From IMG/VR virus record IMGVR_UViG_3300048496_000021, positions 31,911 to 95,910 of that record: 64,000 nucleotides of DNA; one strand, 5' to 3'. The stretch is from a virus (lineage: Duplodnaviria; Caudoviricetes). The notes below the pieces were generated by a model that saw only the letters and a program-made list of their open reading frames with translations, searched no databases and was not told the origin of the DNA. Below, piece by piece: positions 1 through 10,078 of the stretch; the stretch's first letter is position 1, and each line of letters starts with the position of its first letter. Made by a program: the position numbers and the translations under genes.

Positions 1-9
1 AATGGTAGC

Positions 10-369
10 ATGACGAAAAATCAAAAAAAGATGAGTTCTACATCGGCCAAAGTAAAAAATAAGTACAAAAATACTTGTGTCCATTGCTGTTCAGACGAGC
101 GCCCATATCCCCTGAACGACTCTCATATACTCCAGAGAAGCGTATACCCGCAATTCAAATATCTAGTGTGCGCCCGGATACCACTCTGTCAAGACCATGA
201 CAGACAGCTTGAGTGGCTACCAGATGGCACCAGACGTCCGTTTTGGAGCAGAATGATCATGGCCTACCGGAAATCACCACGATGCAAGCAGGAGGTCAAG
301 GAGCAGATCAGAGAGCTCGCGGGGCATATGCGGGAGTTTAAGAAGGCGCATGGAGGGTATACACTATAG
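10..369 (+). CDS. HNH-like endonuclease / Zn-binding phage protein
   Basis: CxxC...SHI...IPLCxxH pattern resembling small phage HNH proteins. Confidence 0.45.
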   Translation: MTKNQKKMSSTSAKVKNKYKNTCVHCCSDERPYPLNDSHILQRSVYPQFKYLVCARIPLCQDHDRQLEWLPDGTRRPFWSRMIMAYRKSPRCKQEVKEQIRELAGHMREFKKAHGGYTL

Positions 370-427
370 GTGATTCAATTCGAAATAGGGATTACGAGCC
401 AAGGTAGATTATAGGGGAGGAAAGAAA

Positions 428-628
428 ATGAATAAAAAAGCAGTAATTAAAAAATGGCGATTTGCAAGAAATATAGCTCTTGTTTTTTTCTCAATAATAT
501 GTTCGATAGTATTTGCTTTCCATGACGATCTCGGACAAATAAGGGAATATACAATAATATTCCCCGTGCTTTATGGTCTCGACGTTTTAGTTGGTGTTTT
601 AAAGGGGGAACATGAAGAAAAAATTTAA
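428..628 (+). CDS. small membrane protein
   Basis: two hydrophobic segments; GGAGG RBS. Confidence 0.6.
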   Translation: MNKKAVIKKWRFARNIALVFFSIICSIVFAFHDDLGQIREYTIIFPVLYGLDVLVGVLKGEHEEKI

Positions 629-983
629 ATCACAATACATAAAGTATGACAAAGAGTATGATGTTAAAAAAGTGTTCTACAATGGATTTTGTAGATTGGT
701 GATATTTGGACTCTGGTTTGGGTGGACCGAGTTGATTATATGGGTATCTAATTGCCAATGCCTTCATGTGAATCATTGGTTTTTAATGGGTATTGGGCTT
801 GTCGTGAGTTTTGCAATACAGTTAATTTGGTTATTTTTATTAGCGTTGCTCTTTACTGGTCCATTTGGCGGGGCCCTTTCCAGCCTAATAGATAGAGCAT
901 CGGGAGTTCATGTAGGCCGCTCGTGGCCCTATCGTGGGTGGAGTCGATGGTATTACACCAGTGGAGTAGAAAAGATTTGGTAA
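612..983 (+). CDS. membrane protein
   Basis: two TM-like segments; overlaps upstream gene. Confidence 0.6.
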   Translation: MKKKFKSQYIKYDKEYDVKKVFYNGFCRLVIFGLWFGWTELIIWVSNCQCLHVNHWFLMGIGLVVSFAIQLIWLFLLALLFTGPFGGALSSLIDRASGVHVGRSWPYRGWSRWYYTSGVEKIW

Positions 984-1017
984 GTCGAAATAATAATTGT
1001 AAAACTAAGGAGAGAAA

Positions 1018-1245
1018 ATGTCTAATCCAAAAGCAACGAAACTTGAGCAGATCGCAAAAAAAATGAAGGATTTCAACCTTGAAACACTTGAGATGAAAAC
1101 CTTTGTGAATGTTGAACTACCTGGGGCCGATATGGATATGGGTGAAGATTATATGGAGTTAAATCTTGAAGCCATCGACCCTGATCAAGCTAGAGCCCTA
1201 GCCTCTGTTCTGAATACATGGGCTGATTGTGTTGAGCAACATTAA
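1018..1245 (+). CDS. hypothetical protein
   Basis: AAGGAG RBS, ORF. Confidence 0.65.
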   Translation: MSNPKATKLEQIAKKMKDFNLETLEMKTFVNVELPGADMDMGEDYMELNLEAIDPDQARALASVLNTWADCVEQH

Positions 1246-1460
1246 ATTCAAAAGTGACATGGATATACGAAATCTATTTCTTTACATGAGGGTGTGCGCT
1301 ATACAATTGAAAATAATTGCTCTTAAGATTATATCTGGCATTATTATGATTTTCAACGCACTTGCCGACTTAGTGGCATATGCTCCCGTGGTAGTATATT
1401 TCAACTTTTAAACCATGAGATAAAGATATAATTTACGACATACGAAAGGAAGAACCAATC

Positions 1461-2807
1461 ATGAGTAAACTAAAAACGGCTGGCATTAAGGGCCCATGGG
1501 GGATAGTTCAAAACGCCGCCGTATGTTCTAATCAGTTGTCTCGAAGCGCACGGCTGCTTTATGCTATTTTATGCTCTTACGCCGGATCTGATATCGATCG
1601 ATCAGCATTTCCAAGTATTAACACATTGAGAGATAACATGGGAGAGTCAGGCAAGAATGAGTTTAAACCAGCATCTAAAAGTGCAGTACTAAAGTGGTTA
1701 AATGAACTCTATGAGTCAGGATTGATTCGTAAAACCAAAAAGAAAAAAGCCTCCGGTGAATATGTAAATAACACCTACATGGTTATGTATGTACTCTCTA
1801 ATGACCAAGGAGAGCAGTATGCACCGAAAAATAAATTCAAAAATGAAGATTTCATTGAAGAGGGTGGTACTCTGGGGAGTACTACACAAGAGTCACATAG
1901 TACTCCCCAGAGTACCTCAAGTGGGGGGGGGTTGTACTCCCCAGAGTACCAGGGTAGTACTCCCCAGAGTACCCTAATAACACCATCTAATAACACCACA
2001 GGAGTGAATAATAATATTAATCAACCTTCGGTTGATCAAGTGGCGCTTAACACTGAAGCGATATCGAAAGCTGAAAAAAAAGAGCTTATGGATCGATACT
2101 ACGAAAGTGTCACTCAAGAGTTATCCAAGAAAATTGAAGTAAACCTACCAGCAAGAGCACAAAAATATATTTACGGAACTATTCAGCGAGAAGGGATTGA
2201 CAGAGTATTAATTGCTATTAGAAATTATTTAGCTGACCCTGAAAAGATATCAAAAGAATATGATGATATTGAGAAATTATTTTACAATGGATATATGATA
2301 GGTAGATATGTGGCCCGTGAACAAAATTCAAAAGTCAAACAACGGTGCTCAAAAATCATTGAGATTTACAGCGCAATTGCCCAAACCGATCATGATCCAG
2401 AAACTAGTTTTATCGTCGATGCCATTATCAATATGTCCAAAGCGGTAAACTCTCTGGAGACTGTTGGCATGGCTGTTATTGCCAGTGCTTATGATAAGTT
2501 CAACCAAGAAAAGGGCAATCTTGACATCATGAAGGTTTTAAAGTCACCACAATTAATTATTAAATATTCAGGACTATACAATCGAAATCAAGTAGATCGA
2601 TCCATTAAAAAAGCCGCCAAGAAAAACACAGCACCGGATATTAGAATGATGTCAGTAAATGAAATACAGCAACACAATTGGACCCAATACCCTAGTAGTG
2701 AATTAAAGAAATATTTATCCGAAGAACAATATAGTGAATTTATCCAGAATAACTATGATATACCATGGATTGTGAATATATTAACCGAACTCAAGGAATC
2801 CGTATGA
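1461..2807 (+). CDS. phage replication initiator (N-terminal winged HTH), lambda O-like
   Basis: LSRSARLLYAIL..AFPSINTL..LNELYESGLIRK HTH motif; iterons in the central linker. Confidence 0.8.
   Translation: MSKLKTAGIKGPWGIVQNAAVCSNQLSRSARLLYAILCSYAGSDIDRSAFPSINTLRDNMGESGKNEFKPASKSAVLKWLNELYESGLIRKTKKKKASGEYVNNTYMVMYVLSNDQGEQYAPKNKFKNEDFIEEGGTLGSTTQESHSTPQSTSSGGGLYSPEYQGSTPQSTLITPSNNTTGVNNNINQPSVDQVALNTEAISKAEKKELMDRYYESVTQELSKKIEVNLPARAQKYIYGTIQREGIDRVLIAIRNYLADPEKISKEYDDIEKLFYNGYMIGRYVAREQNSKVKQRCSKIIEIYSAIAQTDHDPETSFIVDAIINMSKAVNSLETVGMAVIASAYDKFNQEKGNLDIMKVLKSPQLIIKYSGLYNRNQVDRSIKKAAKKNTAPDIRMMSVNEIQQHNWTQYPSSELKKYLSEEQYSEFIQNNYDIPWIVNILTELKESV
1866..1973. repeat. iterons / putative replication origin: 4 x GTACTCCCCAGAGTACC
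   Basis: inverted copy 1866-1882; direct copies 1900-1916, 1934-1950, 1957-1973; AT-rich tract near 2005-2022. Confidence 0.85.
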
Positions 2808-3433
2808 ACTGCTCAGGAACAAAATTTAGAATCAATAATGTGACATATTACTGTACAGGGAATGGCGCTATGGTTACCGATCCAGATAGACCACTTAAGG
2901 CCTACCCATGTCAATGCACAGAGAGTTCAAAGATTGGTATAAGTAAAACCATATACTGGGTTCGACATATTAATCAGTTCACCAAAAAAGAATCAACAAG
3001 AGATTTATTCGAAACAGAAATAAACATGTTTCATAAATTAACAGTCAATAAATCATATTGGATCAGTGGCAATTTCGCCATGCTAATGTACCACTACATG
3101 ATTAAGTATCAAAAAAATATTTTATTTGCATGGGGAAGAGAGGTTGAGTATTCCGCAAATATGATTGGTGAGCTATGTAATATGTTAAGCAATGAGAGTG
3201 CTATGGAAAATTCTGGGAATAAAATCCTATCACCATATAATTGGTTTCCGGGGAAGGAAAATATCTCAATATCTTACAGTGCTCAAGATATCCAGCCGTC
3301 TGCCATGGAGTATATTAATCAATTTGCCACATCAAGAAAATTTATTCTTGTCAGTACAAATCGAATGCTATTATCAGAATACACCAAAAAACATAACATC
3401 ATCACTGATAATATTATTGAACTACATATTTAA
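2804..3433 (+). CDS. degenerate DnaC/IstB-like helicase loader
   Basis: follows the initiator (ATGA overlap); N-terminal Cys cluster CxGNG..PCQC; ILVSTN motif; no Walker A. Confidence 0.4.
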   Translation: MNCSGTKFRINNVTYYCTGNGAMVTDPDRPLKAYPCQCTESSKIGISKTIYWVRHINQFTKKESTRDLFETEINMFHKLTVNKSYWISGNFAMLMYHYMIKYQKNILFAWGREVEYSANMIGELCNMLSNESAMENSGNKILSPYNWFPGKENISISYSAQDIQPSAMEYINQFATSRKFILVSTNRMLLSEYTKKHNIITDNIIELHI

Positions 3434-3442
3434 GGAGAACAT

Positions 3443-4243
3443 ATGTCGAAAAATAAAAAACAAGCACACGAAGATAAAAAACCATCACGTCCATTGGATG
3501 TAATTAAAAAGGAGGTTGAAGCACTTGAAAATTCTCCAATATTGAAATTTATTATATTTCTATTGGTAGCCTCTGTTGTTCTTGAGATTGTTGTTATTTT
3601 ACTAAGCACGAAACATGTCGCCTATGTGATTAATACATTTGACATCAGTAATGTAGGTGTTACCCATAGAACTTCCATGTGGAAACAGTGGGGAACATAC
3701 GGAGCGGCCGCATTTGAACTTGCATTGGCGGTAGTTCTACTTGGAAGTATGATAGCAAAAAAATACAACATGTATACATGGAAACATACAATTGCTGTAA
3801 TTATTTTCTTAAGTGTAAATTTCATCGGAAATATGTATAATGCGATTATGTTGTATCCTCACCTTAAGCCATCGGTCGATATTGTCGTACAACAGGAGGA
3901 GCAAAGTACCCTCACAGTATCAAAAGGCACTATTAACTTAAAGCCAATATCTGAGGATACACTTAAGGAGGTTGATCTAATGTACTGGTTATTAAGTATT
4001 GCATTTTTTGGCGTACTGCCGTTTATGAGCTGGGTACTAATGAGTCAGTCATATTCATTTTTACTAGCCCACGGGCTTGCCAAACAAGAACTTGAAGATA
4101 GGTATGTCGAATTAATACGTGAGCAAGAACTGGAGATGGCCAGAATTAAAAAAAGTACATCTCAACAAGATCGCAGAAGTAAAGAAAAGCAAACATTGAC
4201 TTTCGGCGAGTATACACAACAGGAAACTGTTCCGGAAAAATAA
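3443..4243 (+). CDS. multi-pass membrane protein
   Basis: about 4 hydrophobic helices; RBS. Confidence 0.7.
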   Translation: MSKNKKQAHEDKKPSRPLDVIKKEVEALENSPILKFIIFLLVASVVLEIVVILLSTKHVAYVINTFDISNVGVTHRTSMWKQWGTYGAAAFELALAVVLLGSMIAKKYNMYTWKHTIAVIIFLSVNFIGNMYNAIMLYPHLKPSVDIVVQQEEQSTLTVSKGTINLKPISEDTLKEVDLMYWLLSIAFFGVLPFMSWVLMSQSYSFLLAHGLAKQELEDRYVELIREQELEMARIKKSTSQQDRRSKEKQTLTFGEYTQQETVPEK

Positions 4244-5674
4244 ATGCACGAAAACCGCCAAATAAAATACATTGAAGAGCTTTCAGATCAGTTCTTAAAG
4301 TATATTTATGCCCTGTATGTGAATGTCGTATCTGGGACCGAAGAGTCATTAACCGGTAAGAGGCGCCAGTATAACAATAATGCATTACTCAAGGCGGACA
4401 TTAAGACGATTTTTGGGAAAATTAAAGGATGGAAAAATATACTCGCCAGGAAAATTCTTTTCCCGTTTCGACCGTTTAAGTTGTTAAAACTGAAGATGTC
4501 AAAGAAAAATTTGTCCGAATCAGAATGGGATGAGTTTGATAGCCAGATTATGCAGTATGTCCGTCCGTATATCGAAAGTGCCTCTGAAGAACTCTCAGTT
4601 AAGTTAATTTTTATGGCTATGCACTATTCCAATGAAGAGCTAAAGGGAAATTCCTTGGACCATAAGAGTTATTCTGAGATTGAGAAAGAAAAATTCGGCG
4701 GAAATATTCCTGATACAATTAACGATGCAACAAAACGATATAACCTCAATGACACTATGCACTCAACAATGTTGTCTGCATACGATAGGGTGGCAGCTCA
4801 CGTCAAGACATCCTCAGACGATATGAGACAAGCAATCAGAACTATTGTTATCAACGGACACAAGAATAATAAAACAAAAGATCAAATCGCATCTGATCTA
4901 TATTGGCAAGTTGGCGATGAACTCAAGCATCAAGATTCTGTAAACAAGCAGATGACAAACTGGCAGCGGATCGCACATACGGAGATCGCCCAAATTCACG
5001 CAGATGGAAAACTGGCAGCGCTGGACGAACACGCTAAAAATGGAATCGATGGAGAGGGGAAGCGGATTTACCAAATTTTTATCGGAGGAACATGCCCATG
5101 GTGCCTCGCTCATCAGGGGTTTATTTTATTGCAAATACCAATATCTATAGCCAAAGGGAATACAGATCTTTTGTCTGATTATGGCATTAAAGATGAATAT
5201 ACAAGTCATGCAATATGGCCAGGTAAAAACAATGTTGGAAGAAAGCAGTCTGAGTGGTGGGTTTGTGTGCTGGCACATCCACACAATAGAGCCAGGCTCG
5301 TCACTTTTGACCCAAGTACGCAAACGTATAACAAAGAGAAGCGGCGCATTGTTTCCAAAACGAAAAACCCATTTGAGCAGTATGTTCCAAAGAAATACTT
5401 AGATGAGCGAGACACAAAGATCGCAAGAAATGTTGCCAGACAGCAACAACAAGAAAAGGATCGCGCTCAAGGAATTTACAAAAAGGACAGTGAATACAAG
5501 GAATTTGACAAGAAGAAACAGTCGGGCAATATCGTTGAAGCAAGCGGGAAAAAGTATAAATCCGTTTCCGCTGATTCATATGGCGCAGAACTTGAAAAAT
5601 GGAGAAATAATAAGTCGCTCCCGATACCGGTTTCACAGAGCCACAGAGAGCATCAGGAATTATTTAACAATTAA
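4244..5674 (+). CDS. MuF/SPP1 gp7-like head morphogenesis protein
   Basis: WQRIAHTE..TCPWC..AHPHNR motifs. Confidence 0.75.
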   Translation: MHENRQIKYIEELSDQFLKYIYALYVNVVSGTEESLTGKRRQYNNNALLKADIKTIFGKIKGWKNILARKILFPFRPFKLLKLKMSKKNLSESEWDEFDSQIMQYVRPYIESASEELSVKLIFMAMHYSNEELKGNSLDHKSYSEIEKEKFGGNIPDTINDATKRYNLNDTMHSTMLSAYDRVAAHVKTSSDDMRQAIRTIVINGHKNNKTKDQIASDLYWQVGDELKHQDSVNKQMTNWQRIAHTEIAQIHADGKLAALDEHAKNGIDGEGKRIYQIFIGGTCPWCLAHQGFILLQIPISIAKGNTDLLSDYGIKDEYTSHAIWPGKNNVGRKQSEWWVCVLAHPHNRARLVTFDPSTQTYNKEKRRIVSKTKNPFEQYVPKKYLDERDTKIARNVARQQQQEKDRAQGIYKKDSEYKEFDKKKQSGNIVEASGKKYKSVSADSYGAELEKWRNNKSLPIPVSQSHREHQELFNN

Positions 5675-5722
5675 AACACTAAAGAACTTGACACAGTGTG
5701 TCGCATGTGTCATACATGACAC

Positions 5723-5881
5723 ATGGCAGAAGTAAGATTTAGATGTGAAAAACAAACAAAAGAAAAATTCAATAAATTATTTATTCAGTGGCAGGCTGAC
5801 CATGGACAACTCAAGAGCCACAAGGACTTTATGGACCACCTGTTGAGTTTACATGAAGTAGGCGCAAATGTTCCAAGATAA
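5723..5881 (+). CDS. small ribbon-helix-helix-like regulator (not in ORF track)
   Basis: 52 aa MAEVRFRCEKQTKEKFNKL..; TTGACA at 5688; palindrome 5704-5725 over the start. Confidence 0.5.
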   Translation: MAEVRFRCEKQTKEKFNKLFIQWQADHGQLKSHKDFMDHLLSLHEVGANVPR

Positions 5882-7340
5882 TCCTGACCTATGGCCGACT
5901 CCACTATCGCTTCATCCAGAGATATTCTCTGAAATAGATAAACTTGGCATTGTCCTTGAGCCACAAGCGGGTTCAGGGAATTTAGCTAAGGCCGCCAAAT
6001 CTCACGGAGCAATGCGTGTCGACTGTATTGAAATTGACCCTCGCCTTCAAGAGATGTTAATCGGACAGGGGTTACGAATAATTGATGGTGACTTCCTTGG
6101 GTACGCCCCAACGACAATGTATGATACGATCCTGATGAATCCACCATTTAGAAATGGTGACAAACATCTCCTGAAGGCGATCGAGATCATGTACAATGGG
6201 CAAATTATTTGCATACTAAATGCCGAAACAATTAGAAATCCAAATACTGCAAATAGGCGACTTTTATCACAAAAGATTGAAGATCTTGGTGGTGTTATTA
6301 CATACAAGAAAGACGCCTTTATCGATGCCGAGAGAAAGACATCGGTAGAAATCGCCATCATAAAAATCAAGGTTAAGAAAAATGTTGAAGATCACTTTTT
6401 CGGCGGTATGAAAAAAGCTGATACGGGTGAAGAGCCAACATTCCATGGGTCAGATATCGCTATCCCTGATTCGCAGATTGAAAATTATGTTGCCGCCTAT
6501 AGTCAGGCATTGGAGATTAAAAAAGAAGCTATACTGAAAACGCAAGAGTCCGAATATTATGCCGGTATAATAGGCGCATCTTTTGAAGACAAAAATTATT
6601 ATCACGGAAGGACGATCACAGAAAAAGTTCAGGATGCATTCAATGGGCAGGTTGTATCGTTGCGCGAAACGGCGTGGCGGAATATAATGAATCTGGCCGA
6701 CTTCCATAAGCACTTAACGGAAAAAGTAAGAAACGATATCCAATCCCAGATGGATACCGTAAAAGACCTTGAGTTTACAGTCGAAAACATTAGGACATTT
6801 TTAATGAATTTGATCGGAGGTCGCAGGCAGATGATGAATGCATGTGTTCTTGAGGTTTTTGATAACATGACAACATTTTTCCATTGGGATAATTTTCATG
6901 AAACAAACCGCCGACATGTTGAGGGGTGGAAATCGAATGAAAGATATTTCGTGAACTGTCGTGTGGTGTTGCCGTATTTGCAAGAAGCTTCTTGGCGGGC
7001 AACCGGAGCAGTGGCCAGCCGAGACAAGTTGTGTGATATCGAAAAAGCTGTTCGTTATGTCATGGGGGAGCCGATAGCAGACGATTCCATTGAAAATGTT
7101 TTGTTTGAAAGAGAGTCGAGTGGGTATTTAAAGGCAAGAGAAATTCCATATGGACAGGCTGTTATGACGAAATATTTTAAAATCAGAATGTACAAAAAAG
7201 GCACGACTCATTTTTATTGGCGCGATAAAAAAGTGCTTGAGCGGTTCAATCTTTTCGTTGGTCGTCAGCGCCAATGGTTATCACAGGCTGATGAACAAAT
7301 CCCAAAAGAGTTTTGGTTGATGTGCAATAATAACCACTGA
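5868..7340 (+). CDS. N6-adenine DNA methyltransferase with DUF4942-like C-terminus
   Basis: VLEPQAGSG, NPPF; C-terminal WKSN and YKKGTTH motifs. Confidence 0.85.
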   Translation: MFQDNPDLWPTPLSLHPEIFSEIDKLGIVLEPQAGSGNLAKAAKSHGAMRVDCIEIDPRLQEMLIGQGLRIIDGDFLGYAPTTMYDTILMNPPFRNGDKHLLKAIEIMYNGQIICILNAETIRNPNTANRRLLSQKIEDLGGVITYKKDAFIDAERKTSVEIAIIKIKVKKNVEDHFFGGMKKADTGEEPTFHGSDIAIPDSQIENYVAAYSQALEIKKEAILKTQESEYYAGIIGASFEDKNYYHGRTITEKVQDAFNGQVVSLRETAWRNIMNLADFHKHLTEKVRNDIQSQMDTVKDLEFTVENIRTFLMNLIGGRRQMMNACVLEVFDNMTTFFHWDNFHETNRRHVEGWKSNERYFVNCRVVLPYLQEASWRATGAVASRDKLCDIEKAVRYVMGEPIADDSIENVLFERESSGYLKAREIPYGQAVMTKYFKIRMYKKGTTHFYWRDKKVLERFNLFVGRQRQWLSQADEQIPKEFWLMCNNNH

Positions 7341-7348
7341 GAAATAAA

Positions 7349-7876
7349 ATGCCTGTAGATATATTATTCCCAATAAAAATTAATTATACAACCGAGGCTA
7401 AGGTTGAAAAAAAGATTCTAGTTCCAGAGGCTACGAAAAAGAAAATATATCAGCATGTTCAAGGTATCGGCGTTGGTGATTATTATTTCATCATAAAGAA
7501 AATGGTAAATACTCGATCTGGTCGACAGAACAGATATTTTCATGGATACTTACTTGAGGAGATCAGAAAGAAGAAAGGATTTTTATTTATTGACCAAGCC
7601 AAGGATTTAATAAAAGAACTTTTTCTTGAGATCAAATTTGAAAAAGTAAAAGCTCGTGAAGACTCATATGATTATGTTTATATTCCGAGTAAGTACTTTA
7701 CGCTTGACGAGAGCATAATTAATGATGCAAAAATAGCCTTTACCGCAGGGCATAGAATGTTTTTTCCAACATCAGAACTTAAAACATCTGGCCAAGAGTT
7801 ACTAAATGCAGATGTCCGAATGTGGGCATCTCTGGAACTTGGACTTTACCTGAAGTTGCCCAATGAAACAGACTAA
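7349..7876 (+). CDS. NinB/Orf-like recombination protein
   Basis: RSxxQNRYFHG motif and C-terminal TSEL..L.LP. Confidence 0.55.
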   Translation: MPVDILFPIKINYTTEAKVEKKILVPEATKKKIYQHVQGIGVGDYYFIIKKMVNTRSGRQNRYFHGYLLEEIRKKKGFLFIDQAKDLIKELFLEIKFEKVKAREDSYDYVYIPSKYFTLDESIINDAKIAFTAGHRMFFPTSELKTSGQELLNADVRMWASLELGLYLKLPNETD

Positions 7877-7885
7877 GGAGGACAC

Positions 7886-8074
7886 ATGCACGTTGCCGAA
7901 TACAAGACTGTCACATGGCATACATTTACAGAGGGATACCGAGCCCGCATCGATGGAATCCCTAAGCCAAGAAATCCATATAAACTAATCAACCCAGAGA
8001 AGCCAGAATTACGAACATTGGACTGGCAGGAGTGGGACAACGGATGGAGCTTGGCCGATAAAGACCTGACTTAA
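7886..8074 (+). CDS. ribosome modulation factor (Rmf)-like small protein
   Basis: EGYRA..G....NPY....W..W..GW pattern like Rmf. Confidence 0.5.
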   Translation: MHVAEYKTVTWHTFTEGYRARIDGIPKPRNPYKLINPEKPELRTLDWQEWDNGWSLADKDLT

Positions 8075-8095
8075 TTTATAAAAGAGGAGAACAAT

Positions 8096-9334
8096 ATGAT
8101 TTTGACAATTGAAATCGAAAACCGTGGAGCAATCCGCGTATTTAAAAAGGAATTAAACGGGGCAAACCTGCACGTCGCTGGGCCAACTGGAACCGGGAAG
8201 ACAACTGCGATCGACACGCTGTTTCAAATTATGAAGCAACGCTCGGACCAGTCCGACTATTCAGGTGTTACTCATGGAGAGAACCGGTCAAAGGAGCGAG
8301 TAAAGTTAAAGGTTGCCGATTCGATCCTGATAGCACGGCGCATTATCAAAAAGGATAATGTAGAGATTAAGATCACAGATGAAGACCTGAAGCCAATCAA
8401 GCGGACTGATTTTGCGGCTATGATATCCGCCTTGGCAATAAATCCGCACAAAATTATGCAGATGAAGCCGACAGAGCGGACCAATACCCTCTTGAGCGCC
8501 GTGGAGCTATCGATTGATCTGAATGATACCGATAAGAAAATCCGACAAGCAGAAGAGGATCGACTTGTGAAGCACCGTGAGATCGATAACTGCAAACCCG
8601 GCGAAGAGCCGGACAAGGTTGACCAGATTAGTGTGTCGGAGCTGGTTGAGGGCAAAGAGCATCTTGAGTCCACTAATAGGGAGCGACAAGAAGCTCTTGA
8701 TAATATTGCTGAGTACAATAAAAAGATTCAGGGGGCAGCAATAAGTATTGGAAAAGTTGGACTCCATCAAGTGCCAGAGCAGTATCATGATTTACTTGCA
8801 GGTGCCCATCGGTGCCACGAAAAAGTGCTCCCTATTGAAATTCCGATGGAGGATCTAGCAGAGGTCAACAGGGCAATCGCAGATGCCGACGAAACAAACG
8901 AAGATGCACAGAAGTACAAAACATGGAAAGAGAAGTTTGATGAACTCGAAAGGCTCCAAGATGAGCACACCGAAATCCAAGAGGACATCAAAGAACTCCA
9001 GAGGGTCCGCAAAGAAGCCCTTGAAAGTGCAAAATGGCCAATTCCCGGATTATCCATTATTGATGGTTTTATTTACTATAACGATGTTCTTTTGGAAAAC
9101 TTGGGCGAATCAGAACAGATGTACGTATGTGCCGCTCTTGCCGTTAAAGACATCTGCAAGCACCCGATTCGAGTAGTGCGCATGGATGGTGTAGAGTCAA
9201 TGAGTCCAGAGGATTTTGCCAAGCTTGTGAGCTTGTTTAATAAGCATCAGGTTCAGGTTCTATCAACCCGCGTTGCCCGAGATGACGCCGAGCCAACAGA
9301 GATCACTATTGTGAACGGGGAATATACCGACTAA
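8096..9334 (+). CDS. SbcC/SMC-like ABC ATPase with coiled coil
   Basis: GPTGTGKT Walker A, coiled coil, LGESEQ signature, VVRMDGVE Walker B. Confidence 0.8.
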   Translation: MILTIEIENRGAIRVFKKELNGANLHVAGPTGTGKTTAIDTLFQIMKQRSDQSDYSGVTHGENRSKERVKLKVADSILIARRIIKKDNVEIKITDEDLKPIKRTDFAAMISALAINPHKIMQMKPTERTNTLLSAVELSIDLNDTDKKIRQAEEDRLVKHREIDNCKPGEEPDKVDQISVSELVEGKEHLESTNRERQEALDNIAEYNKKIQGAAISIGKVGLHQVPEQYHDLLAGAHRCHEKVLPIEIPMEDLAEVNRAIADADETNEDAQKYKTWKEKFDELERLQDEHTEIQEDIKELQRVRKEALESAKWPIPGLSIIDGFIYYNDVLLENLGESEQMYVCAALAVKDICKHPIRVVRMDGVESMSPEDFAKLVSLFNKHQVQVLSTRVARDDAEPTEITIVNGEYTD

Positions 9335-9422
9335 AATTTAGTCTTGTGTATGCGATGGGTGATGTCATCGCATACATATAAGACAAAATTAGTCATCTTG
9401 GCCGAGGATCAACACTTGACAT

Positions 9423-9638
9423 ATGAAACAATTAACATTATCAAAAACGACCCTTGAAACAAAGGATGAGCGCGGGCATGGTACGGAATGCACTATTTCC
9501 AACAATTGGTCGTCAGACAGTTTGACGCTTGAAATTGATTATGCAGACCATTATAATTCATCAAGTGCAAGTATAGATATCGACAAAGAAAGGGCGATTG
9601 AAATTATCAACTTTCTGCAAAGGTTTTATAAAATATAG
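9423..9638 (+). CDS. hypothetical protein
   Basis: ORF whose start lies in a junction motif. Confidence 0.55.
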   Translation: MKQLTLSKTTLETKDERGHGTECTISNNWSSDSLTLEIDYADHYNSSSASIDIDKERAIEIINFLQRFYKI

Positions 9639-9661
9639 CTATAGAATTTAAGGAGATTAAT

Positions 9662-10060
9662 ATGTTTTGGAAGCAGAAAAAATACGAAGGCCCGGACCCG
9701 TGTCCAATGATTCCCAACTACATGATAAAAGCGTGGAGTTGCAAGAGTTTTTCTAGCGGCGAATGCCTAGAGAAGGGACCATTGTGTAAATATAAGAATA
9801 AATTTAAGGTGAAATTTATCAAAGAACTTATCATCACAATAACAATGTTTTTATATGAATGGAAGCTGGAAAGCAATTGTGTATGTGCATGGGATATCCC
9901 AGATCACTCTGATTCGGGATGTTCTGGTAGCTATGGTTGTTATCTATTCCACGACCTCACTTGTGGCGAACATCTTAAGTGTTATGCACCAAGGGTGCTA
10001 AAAAAGAGATGGGTCAAAAAGGAGCAAGCCATTATAGATAAATTGGCAGATGATTTATAG
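9662..10060 (+). CDS. Cys-rich hypothetical protein
   Basis: AAGGAG RBS, many Cys. Confidence 0.6.
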   Translation: MFWKQKKYEGPDPCPMIPNYMIKAWSCKSFSSGECLEKGPLCKYKNKFKVKFIKELIITITMFLYEWKLESNCVCAWDIPDHSDSGCSGSYGCYLFHDLTCGEHLKCYAPRVLKKRWVKKEQAIIDKLADDL

Positions 10061-10078
10061 TCTGACAAAACTACGCAT

